DNA of 7,620 nt. Origin: Selaginella moellendorffii. Lineage: Eukaryota > Plantae > Lycopodiophyta. The notes below the pieces were generated by a model that was not told where the DNA came from, did no database searches, and saw only the letters and a program-made list of their open reading frames with translations. Numbering within the stretch: the first letter of the stretch is position 1; each line of letters opens with the position of its first letter. The stretch lies in NCBI RefSeq assembly GCF_000143415.4, contig NW_003314301.1, positions 1,736,084 to 1,743,703 on the forward strand, in the 5' to 3' direction. Position numbers and translations under genes: made by a program. Positions 1 to 7,620 of the stretch are shown here, piece after piece.

Positions 1-419
1 AGGCTAAGTATGCTTAGCTAATAATACGTAGGAATTCCGTCCTTATGCTCGTCCGGTCTAAGTACACTCGAAATGCCTAGTTAACTTCACTAGCACAAGA
101 GGGACTGATAAAGGGTCCAATAATACCGACCTTCTGCCATCGTGGCAATAAGGTAAGAGTGTCTGTAAAGACTAGTCGACAAATAACTTTCGATACCCGA
201 AGTCACATTCATGACATAAAATAGCCATTAAAAGCTCTTTTATCAAGAAATTACCTTTTTTCCAGTTGATTTAAAGGAAGAAAGGTAAGATATGCTACAT
301 GTGGTATCAAATCAAATGGCATGGGTTCGATTTTCATTGACTAGTGGCTACTTAAAATATAATATATCCATAAGTAAAATATATTCCTCCTCTTAAATTT
401 GAAATTGTATGTTCTTCCT

Positions 420-850
420 CTTATAGAGCATCCATAGATGAAAATATCCACCATAGAACTGTAGTACAGGTGAATGATTAGTTGCCTTACATGGAATAAC
501 TAATCTATACAATAGAAGGATTGGTAGTGAACTTAATCAATATAACACTCGATTAGTAAATATTGGACATTAGAAGTTAATTTTAATAAGCTAGAAGGTC
601 CTAACTATAGCAGCAAGAAGCCAGACACTATAGATAGGCAAATGTTATTTCTTGAACTTGCACAAACACAATAAGATGAAGTGATCTAAGTAAATGCCAC
701 TACTAACCTGTAAAAGTTTTCTTCTCTAAAAATTAACACATGAGCTACAAAAACCTCTAATGACAATCACAAGTTGCAAAATTCCTTTCAATATCAGTCT
801 ATTCATCACTATAGCTGCAATCTTTTTGCTCCACCATATATCCTAAACTA
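420..850 (-). pseudogene. Probable highly decayed copia RNase H relic
   Basis: Patchy translations across frames (YGGAKRLQ/YSDE, VVAFT, PIFTN, LIKFTTNPS, CID*LFHVRQLIIHLYYSSMVDIF) follow the order of the copia motifs YSDAD, VALS, IYxDN, KLAxNP, HIDIRYHFVRE and MVADIFTK, and are followed by a purine tract. Similarity was judged by eye only. Confidence 0.35.
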
Positions 851-954
851 GGCAATATATTCATTTTTCTTGGAACTTTGGAAGCAGGCTGTATTTGAAG
901 AATTTTCTAGAGGTTTGAAGACTTTAGAGGCTAAAATCTAGATTAGTGCCTTAT

Positions 955-1130
955 TACTTTCTCCTTTTTTCTTTGTTTTTCTTTGTTTCTCTTCTTTTTT
1001 TCCACTTTTCTTGGGTTGAGTTCTTAGTTCTCTTATTAAGTTTTCCTCATATAAGTTTTCCTTGATCCTAGAACTTTAAAACTTTTTCTCCCTCCTTTCT
1101 TTTCTTTGTATTTTCTTTAATTCTCTTTTT
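955..1130. repeat. Low-complexity pyrimidine-rich (T/C) tract
   Basis: Runs of TTTTCTTTG/TTCT, and a duplicated TAAGTTTTCCT at ~1037-1062. Confidence 0.6.
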
Positions 1131-1379
1131 CACAGTAATTACCAACATATAGACTTCAGTAATCATGTGGTCATAAATTCTTGCACATGATAGAGTTTAG
1201 TATGATCCCTTGTGGCCATCTATTATGCTAAAGGTAGCCTTTGAGTGGGATTCTCTAAAATATTCCATTAGAAATATTTTAGAGGTGTGAGGGATATTCT
1301 AGGAGAGGTTTTGGTTGGAGCTTGATTTCTAGAGCATAAGAGTGTTCTCCCATCAATGAGAGGCTCCCCTCTCAACAAA

Positions 1380-1940
1380 AGTACCCATACAAATTATGCA
1401 TCAAAGGGTCATAAGATGGGGGGAGAGAAACTAAGAACTCTTTCTCTTCCTCTATATTGACTCCCACATCTCAAGAGGTTTATGATATCTACCAATTCTT
1501 GTCCCAGATTTGCCCATTTTGGCCTCACCAAATACATGAGCCACTTAATGTAATTTTCTCTAATAGGTTACCTTCAAAGCCTCCCATGCCTCTGCAGATA
1601 TGGAATTTTCTGCCATCCAAGGCAACATGGAATTTCCCTAATGCCCTAAGGGTCCTCTATTGCAATCACCCATAAAGGAGTGGACATGCTGCGAACTCTC
1701 TCGGGGGCCTCGCGGTAGAAAAACTCCATGAGACCCACGAATGTGAACATGTCCGCCAGCCCAATGATGAAGTACTGGATCATGATCCAGTAGATCTTGA
1801 GCGGCACCCTCGCGGTGGGCGAATCGAGGAGCCCAAACTCCCGAGCAGAAGGGCATGAAGCTGCTACCAACCTTGCTCTTCTATCTATGATTCAATTTGC
1901 TTTTCCAGGTATGCCAATTCTTCCCATTTACTTTGGGTAG
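1380..1940 (-). pseudogene. Copia gag (DUF4219-like N-terminus plus UBN2/Retrotran_gag_2-like core), disrupted and interrupted by the NPF fragment
   Basis: KVNGKNWHTWKSKL resembles KLxGxNYxxW. AEAWEALKVTY resembles AKEAWxxLKxxY. FLVSLPPSYDPL resembles LLxSLPxSY. A frameshift separates ELVDIINLLR from VGVNIEEE. Confidence 0.7.
1679..1848 (-). pseudogene. Isolated gene fragment of an NPF (NRT1/PTR, POT family) transporter, NPF4-like, C-terminal-half transmembrane region
   Basis: Minus-strand translation AREFGLLDSPTARVPLKIYWIMIQYFIIGLADMFTFVGLMEFFYREAPERVRSMST matches the NPF motif W..QY...G.A(D/E).F...G..EFFY..AP...RS. 'GLADMFT' resembles the NPF4 clade. Homology stops abruptly on both sides, and no other NPF exons are seen in the window. 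Confidence 0.88.
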
Positions 1941-2037
1941 AGCAAACCACTACCACATCAACCACATTGGCAGCCAGTTGTTACCCAGTCCCACAAATCC
2001 TCCCAATTGTCCAAAATGCACACTACACTTCCATTCA

Positions 2038-2048
2038 CTCTGATACCA
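2038..2048 (-). promoter_or_regulatory. Primer binding site complementary to initiator tRNA-Met
   Basis: Minus strand reads ...TCTGATCA|TGGTATCAGAG, the canonical plant LTR-retrotransposon PBS directly after an LTR-terminal CA and about 100 nt upstream of the gag motif. Confidence 0.8.
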
Positions 2049-2483
2049 TGATCAGACTCATTCATTGTGGGATGTGTAGTCACATGACAAACTGCTATGG
2101 GGTCCTAGATGCCATGTGGCTCTAATGTGGAGAGAGTGAGGATTCACTAACCTCAAGAAGCTCATGTGGATCCTTGGGACTTCTACTCATGTAGCTTGTT
2201 GACTCTCATATTACCACAAGCAAAAGCAGCTACAATAGGTTTTGAACTATTCCTTGTCTTACTCTAGAAAGATTTTTCTAAAGAACTGTGCTTTAGAGCA
2301 AGCAAACTTTGAGCAAGCAAGCTCATATGCCCATGCCAGGCAATGGTGTGCTCATATGTCCATGCTCTTTGCAAGAATGCAATAGGCTTTGTTGTTAGAT
2401 TGACATATGAGCTAAAATGTATGTATGACCTGTTTTAAATCTAGAAGGATAAGATCCAGGTCTACCACAGCAAGATCTTGACA
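2049..2483 (-). repeat. Putative 5' LTR (~435 bp)
   Basis: The 3' end is fixed by the PBS. The 5' end is inferred from TGTCAAGA at 2483, which forms an imperfect terminal inverted repeat with TCTGATCA. Internal short direct repeats: GAGCAAGCAA x2 and GCTCATATGyCCATGC x2 (~2297-2366). Confidence 0.5.
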
Positions 2484-2545
2484 TGGGATTTGAACCCGAG
2501 ACCTCAAAAGGAGGGTCACTTAGTTAAATTAGTTAAATTATGGTC
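2484..2545 (-). mobile_element. tRNA-derived SINE-like head / tRNA pseudogene fragment
   Basis: Minus strand GAGGTCTCGGGTTCAAATCCCA contains a B-box/T-arm (GGG TTCAAAT CCC, 2497-2485). Upstream ATAATTTAACTAA can be derived from an A-box-like GTAGCTCAACTGG by transitions only. No complete cloverleaf is visible. Confidence 0.45.
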
Positions 2546-3499
2546 AGATCATTATTGCCAGAGAGGAGCAATTGGGCAAGTTGGTTCTTATTGTTCATTC
2601 ATCATGCCTAACTCTGGAATGGCTTTCTACTTTTGTGGGAGGCACATCAAAATTGACTATGGGAGAGGAGTTCCTCAGGACATTGGTTTGTCTCTCCCAA
2701 CGGATGAGCTTATTGACATTATTGCAATAAGCTCCATTGCCATCTCCCTAAAGGCATATTAGGTTGTGTAGCGGGCATACACATAGAAAAGAAAAAGGCT
2801 GCTTCCAACCTGCATTCTTGAATATCCATAGGTATTGGTTCATTTGTCTTCTAACCTGGTGCGTCATCTCCAGCTGTGGCGAGTTAGAGTAAGGACGATG
2901 AACTCCCAGCGTCAATGTCACTACAATAACATCTTATATCACTAGATCCTTCAGAACATGTGAAGAAGACAGAGGCAAGTTTAATTCGTGTATCCCAATA
3001 TTGAATCCCTGAGCCATGCGATACGCTTGATGATGAGAACAATGTGCTTAATGATCCACGAAAGAATCTGCGACCACTGAGTAAAATTTTCTAGTTCGCA
3101 TTTTATCTTACACTGCACTTGGGAGCCTTTCCTTTGGCACTTGCGAATTTTTTGGTTTCCCACTGCAAAATTGGCATCAGTAAGGAAGAAAGAAGCTCAG
3201 CAACACGATCAAACAAGCACAAGCAGCATTGGTCTTGGCACATTGATAATTCCAGGTTACCTCATTGCGATCCCGACATTTCTCGCATCAGCTACATTCC
3301 CCTACGCTCCGATCATCAACAAGAGCTTGGTCTCCACGTTCTGTGCAGGTCTTTAACCCTATTAGAAAAATTCAATATCATTGTCATTCGTGGGAAAATA
3401 TGCTGGTGAGGAGTAGCGACGTGAACTTGATTTTCCATGCTTGGAAGGCGTGCCTAATCAAACCAGACTCAGTCCAAGTCGAAGGCTTCCAATTTTTTT

Positions 3500-3646
3500 A
3501 TGGAGACCACGTGTTTTGGCAACAGTGCAACTATGGTGAAATTCACTGCGATTTCGCCTCTTTCGAGGACTCTCAGCAAGTTCAGCAAGCCCGGGATTGT
3601 TACAGTGACGACGATCATTGTTACGCTCTTCTTCGTTATAGAGCAG
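3500..3646 (+). CDS. GT90 gene exon 1 (cytosolic tail plus signal anchor)
   Basis: ATG 3500 gives METTCFGNSATMVKFTAISPLSRTLSKFSKPGIVTVTTIIVTLFFVIEQ, then donor CAG|GTGGG. Not in the ORF track because it is short. Confidence 0.75.
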
Positions 3647-5232
3647 GTGGGCTTCTCAAGTTCTACGTGTTAATTGGCTGCTTGGAATTGAATTGAAGGC
3701 TGTGAACTGGAACTATTGGACCTGGACCTTGAGCAGTCAAAACTCTGCTTCTGCTTCAGATTCTTCAGGCTCTTTCTTCAGGCTGCAGAAGAGCGACCAG
3801 GAGGAGCTCCAGAGATGTCTATCCCCAAATTCAGAAGCTCACTGTCCTTCGTACTTCGCCTGGATCGAGAATGATCTCGCACCTTGGAAAGAAACAGGGA
3901 TTTCCCAACAAAACCTCCAAGATGCTCGATCCAAAGCTGATTTCCGTGTAGTAATAGTCAACGGGACCCTCTACATGGAGCGTTATAATAAGTGCTTCGA
4001 AACCCGGGATGATTTCACGCTGTGGGGCTTGCTAATGCTGCTGGAAGAGTATCCAGGGATGGTTCCTGATGTTGACTTGATGTTTAACTGCGGAGATTGG
4101 CCACTCGTGTTCAGAGCGGAGCACCAGCCTGAGAAGAATGGATCCTGGCCCCCTCCGCCTCTATTCCTTTATTGCACCAGCAGAGGTGAGCACTACGACA
4201 TTGTGTTTCCAGATTGGTCCTATTGGGGATGGTGAGTACTACGAGGATGGTCATTTCGGAACTGAACATGGCATTCTGGTGTACAGGCCAGAGGTCAATA
4301 TCCTTCCCTGGAGTTTGGAAAAGGAAAAAATCTTTTCTGGAGCCAAGAAACTAGATTGGTCACACAGGCAACCGATAGCATTTTGGAAGGGGAACTACGA
4401 CATGGGTCCAGCTAGAGCGGACTTGGTCAAATGCACCGCCAACAACAGCCAGAACTACAACCTTGTAACACACCACCAGGTGAGTGAATTCTGTATCCAA
4501 GTGCTAAATTTTAGGGAAATTTTATAATGAACTGTGCAGGACTGGTTCACTGAAAGGGAACACAATTTTAACAATTCAGACTTGTCAAAACAGTGCCAAC
4601 ACAGGTGTTCATTTGTTTGATGCTTGCTGAGTTCTTAATTGGTGTCTTGTTTCAGGTACAAGATTTATGTCCAAGGAGGAGGATGGTCTGTCAGTTTCAA
4701 GTACATATTGGCATGCGGTTCAACAGTCTTACAAATTGAGCCGATGTTTCAGGAGTTCTTCGCCCGGTCACTGACTCCTTTTGTTCATTTTTGGCCTGTG
4801 GATAGAGACAACATATGCAACTCAACAAAGTTTGCTGTCGATTGGGGAAATGCTCACCCAAAGGAAGTAAGACTTTTGATCTCACTATAGTCAACAACAA
4901 ACTGTAAAACCTCTCATGTACAGGCTGCTGCAATTGGAGATTGTGCAAAGTCATTTCTAGACAAAGAGCTCAGCATGGATTTCGTGTACCAGTACATGCT
5001 TCATCTTCTCCAAGAGTATGGGAAGCTGCTTAAGTTCAGACCGGTGCCACCACCAGAAGCGCAGCGGATGACGCTGGAATCTGGCTTGCCAGGACATGAG
5101 CTCACACTACCAAGAAATGGGCCACGACCTCAAAAAGTATGCACACTCGCTGGCAACATATCCGTTGATAAGATGCTTTCAAAGCAAAGTGAAGGATACA
5201 AGAGAATAAAGCTGCTAACAGAAGCTTCATAA
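3500..5232 (+). CDS. Glycosyltransferase family 90 (CAP10/DUF821, O-glucosyltransferase Rumi/POGLUT-like), 6 exons, 485 aa, predicted type II membrane protein
   Basis: Manual splice model: join(3500-3646,3699-4231,4287-4479,4540-4604,4656-4866,4924-5232) = 1458 nt. All five introns are GT-AG (52, 55, 60, 51, 57 nt) and phase-consistent. Plant GT90 motifs seen: CPSYFAWIENDLAPWKETGIS, FRVVIVNGTLY, FETRDDFTLWGLLMLL, PDVDLMFNCGDWP, PPPLFLYC, DIVFPDWSYWGWPEVNI, AFWKGN, SDLSKQCQHRYKIY, WSVSFKYILACGS, KFAVDWGN, MDFVYQYMLHLLQEYGKLL. Exon 1 encodes a short cytosolic tail plus the hydrophobic anchor GIVTVTTIIVTLFFVI. An alternative in-frame ATG lies at 3533. Confidence 0.93.
3699..4231 (+). CDS. GT90 gene exon 2
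   Basis: Acceptor TTGAAG|GCT; reads AVNWNY...CPSYFAWI...FNCGDWP...DWSYWG; donor TG|GTGAGT. Confidence 0.9.
4287..4479 (+). CDS. GT90 gene exon 3
   Basis: Acceptor TACAG|G restores W-PEVNI; contains AFWKGN; donor CAG|GTGAGT. Confidence 0.92.
4540..4604 (+). CDS. GT90 gene exon 4
   Basis: Acceptor GTGCAG|GAC; reads DWFTEREHNFNNSDLSKQCQH(R); donor AG|GTGTTC. Confidence 0.9.
4656..4866 (+). CDS. GT90 gene exon 5
   Basis: Acceptor TTTCAG|G; reads YKIYVQGGGWSVSFKYILACGS...KFAVDWGNAHPKE; donor GAA|GTAAG. Confidence 0.92.
4924..5232 (+). CDS. GT90 gene exon 6
   Basis: Acceptor TACAG|GCT; reads AAAIGDCAKSFLDKELSMDFVYQYMLHLLQEYGKLLKFRP... to TAA at 5230-5232. Confidence 0.88.
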   Translation, partial: AAAIGDCAKSFLDKELSMDFVYQYMLHLLQEYGKLLKFRPVPPPEAQRMTLESGLPGHELTLPRNGPRPQKVCTLAGNISVDKMLSKQSEGYKRIKLLTEAS

Positions 5233-5285
5233 ACTTTATGTGTAAAACTTTTACACAATGAAAAACTGGTTAGAGTTGTTGTGAA

Positions 5286-5291
5286 AATAAA
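5286..5291 (+). promoter_or_regulatory. Candidate polyadenylation signal of the GT90 gene
   Basis: AATAAA about 55 nt after the stop codon, followed by a T-rich tract near 5320-5336. Confidence 0.35.
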
Positions 5292-6004
5292 AATTGATGG
5301 TAGCTACACTGAGATTTAAACTTATGTTACTTTTTGAGATCAGGGAAGGAGATGTCCTCCAGTGGTTCAAGGAGGTACTTATCATGTTGACACAGATAAC
5401 AAGAGGTGGACTCGCTTAAACACACAACTTCCTTATATGATGGTTTGTGACGATAAAAGATAAAAGATATGCAACAAGCTTAACATAGCTTTATGTCAAC
5501 ACTCTACCATGCGAAACAAACATGCATATATAACTAGTGAACTGATTCTAGTCAACATTCAACAGATTCCTCTTCATATTTGTTCATGCTTGTTCCACTA
5601 TCATCCCATATTGACATTAATATAGTTAATATTGTCACTGTATAATGTATAATAAAGCACTCTGGTAACTAGATTATCTCTCTTTTTTCTAGATATGCCC
5701 TTTTTCAGATCTTTGTGCTTTTTAATTTTGTTTATAGATTATACTTTTTGACTTTGATTTCTATCTAGTATTATATTGGTTCTTGGTATGTCTTGGTATG
5801 CTTATAAGCTAGAAAATTGATGAATTTATCTTTTGAAGAAGTTGATCTTCTATATAAATTTTTTTTTAATGAATTTGAAATTTTTGGTATATAATCATAA
5901 TCCCTAATGGCTTTTCAAGGATGCTCCTCCCATTTAGGAGATGAATTTTTTTGAATCTCATTGGTGATAAAGTTTTCTCTAATTTGGGAGATTTAAAATT
6001 TAGA

Positions 6005-6486
6005 NNNNNNNNNNNNNNNNNNNNNNNNNNNNNNNNNNNNNNNNNNNNNNNNNNNNNNNNNNNNNNNNNNNNNNNNNNNNNNNNNNNNNNNNNNNNNNNN
6101 NNNNNNNNNNNNNNNNNNNNNNNNNNNNNNNNNNNNNNNNNNNNNNNNNNNNNNNNNNNNNNNNNNNNNNNNNNNNNNNNNNNNNNNNNNNNNNNNNNNN
6201 NNNNNNNNNNNNNNNNNNNNNNNNNNNNNNNNNNNNNNNNNNNNNNNNNNNNNNNNNNNNNNNNNNNNNNNNNNNNNNNNNNNNNNNNNNNNNNNNNNNN
6301 NNNNNNNNNNNNNNNNNNNNNNNNNNNNNNNNNNNNNNNNNNNNNNNNNNNNNNNNNNNNNNNNNNNNNNNNNNNNNNNNNNNNNNNNNNNNNNNNNNNN
6401 NNNNNNNNNNNNNNNNNNNNNNNNNNNNNNNNNNNNNNNNNNNNNNNNNNNNNNNNNNNNNNNNNNNNNNNNNNNNNNNNNNNNNN
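6005..6486. other. Assembly gap or masked block (482 N)
   Basis: Continuous run of N. Confidence 0.99.
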
Positions 6487-7620
6487 TATATAAACCAAAC
6501 CTCTACTAAAGAATCTTATCTAGAAAAAAATTAACTCAATTTACCACTTAGCTTGTTGAATGCCAATACAGTTGCTAACTAGTAAATATATGAATACTAA
6601 TATTATAAAGGTATAGCCAAATCATGTTATTCAGATTAGAAAAATAAAAATATCAAATTTTTAATGAGCCTGATTTATCATCATAAATGGAAATCCAACT
6701 TCCTCAATATGCTCATGAATAATATCTCATCTCACTTTAATCTCAACTTCAACAATATTAATGTCAAGACATCTCAATAAAAACAAAACTAAAGGAAAAC
6801 AAAAGGAAATCATCACTTAAATTATTTTTAGCAACCAAGCTAACTAAAATTAAAAATACTTTACTTAGTATTTAAGACCAATCCATCTAAGTGCTAATAG
6901 ATAACTAACAAGCTATAGTAAATAAATGCTATAACTTTTTTTAACATTAAATTAACAAAATCTTAAGGAAACAAAGTACCAATACCAATTTAGCCTAATG
7001 AATCACTTTGAAGAACAGTCAAAGTTACTACAGTGCCACTATTTGTAAATAGACTAACTTTACTAGAAACCACTTTGATATTGATCATCATTTAACGAAA
7101 CAACTTCATAAATATAGTGCTCACAAATTACATGGATATGATATAAAAAGCACAATGACTTAATCATTAATCAAGTGATTTATGTTGCATCTTGTTATTT
7201 GAGTTAAAGATTTATAGGACTCAACACAACCAACTTCATTCATAATATAGATAAGTTCAAACCATTTTCTTTCTAAACTCAAGACTAATCCAACATTGAG
7301 TTACCTAAGGAGCAAAAACATGGTTATTTAGAAAAAAATTAAGCATTGCAACCCAAGCCTTTTGATGGCAAGCCAAAGCAAGATGGTTCAATGCTTTATA
7401 GCTATTCATCCAATGACTCACCACTTATAAAACCATTATAACCAATGTACATTGAAATAAAGACTCTTAATTGCATGATAGGAATACAAGTAATGAGATT
7501 ACACTTTCGCTTGCAAATTATCTTTTGAAAATGAAAAAATGATCTATATGTTTGATCCTTTGTCCTAATGACTCTTCTTTTAAATTTAACTAAACTTCAA
7601 GCTTGTGTTTGCACTATCTT

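Larger units (their letters stand above)
384..2483 (-). mobile_element. Degenerate, internally deleted Ty1/copia LTR retrotransposon remnant
   Basis: Minus-strand order: putative LTR (2483-2049), PBS TGGTATCAGAG (2048-2038), gag N-terminus LPKVNGKNWHTWKSKL (1940-1893), gag core SAEAWEALKVTY (~1598-1563) and VGVNIEEEKEFLVSLPPSYDPL (~1467-1402), weak RNase H relic (~850-420), PPT-like AAGAGGAGGAA (394-384). Many stops and frameshifts, and almost no CpG. The left boundary is uncertain and no matching second LTR was found. Confidence 0.7.

Noticed and set aside
88-100. CACTA transposon terminus (CACTAGCACAAGA)
   Set aside because: No partner TIR, subterminal repeats or TSD are visible.
60-135. 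Hammerhead ribozyme-like pieces (CGAAA, CTGATAA)
   Set aside because: The core is not conserved: no CUGANGA, no correctly placed UH cleavage site, and the stems do not fit any topology.
1457-1856. ORFs 1457-1675 (+) and 1638-1856 (-)
   Set aside because: The first is antisense to the gag relic and the second is an alternative frame of the NPF fragment.
3030-3080. C/D box snoRNA-like motif pair (ATGATGA...CTGA), with a similar GTGAAGA...CTGA at 2960-3012
   Set aside because: Each is only ~51-53 nt, with no convincing terminal stem or C'/D' pair. The best rRNA complement I can see is 8 nt (TGCGACCA to 18S UGGUCGCA), which is too short.
2478-3696. ORFs 2478-2762, 2981-3163, 3119-3409, 3141-3356 and 3265-3696
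   Set aside because: They have non-ATG starts in a eukaryote and no recognisable domains. The last is an off-frame overlap of GT90 exon 1.
4697-4954. Minus-strand 85-aa ORF
   Set aside because: Antisense shadow of GT90 exons 5-6.
5781-5800. TCTTGGTATG x2 tandem duplication
   Set aside because: Ordinary slippage duplication. No CRISPR-like or regularly spaced array is present in the window.
5866-6498. Long ORFs 5866-6498 (-) and 5951-6493 (+)
   Set aside because: Artefacts of reading through the N gap.
6487-7620. AT-rich, CpG-poor region, probably old TE debris (also 5560-6004)
   Set aside because: I could not assign any protein motif, terminal repeat or array.

Overview
Eukaryotic land-plant genomic DNA. 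The uniformly tiny 51-60 nt introns suggest a compact genome such as the lycophyte Selaginella (inference). The window has one apparently intact 6-exon gene on the + strand (3500-5232, 485 aa): a type II membrane glycosyltransferase of family GT90 (CAP10/DUF821, Rumi/POGLUT-like). Upstream (~384-2483, - strand) lies a heavily decayed, CpG-depleted Ty1/copia LTR retrotransposon remnant with a putative 5' LTR, a tRNA-iMet PBS, gag motifs, and a probable RNase H relic and PPT. A ~170-bp GC/CpG-rich, frame-intact exon fragment of an NPF (NRT1/PTR, NPF4-like) transporter sits inside its gag, flanked by 4-bp AAGG direct repeats; this is the most unusual feature. Also present are a tRNA-like/SINE head next to the LTR, a possible spliced divergent transcript upstream of the GT90 gene, a 482-N gap, and AT-rich unassigned DNA. 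I found no convincing novel multi-gene system.
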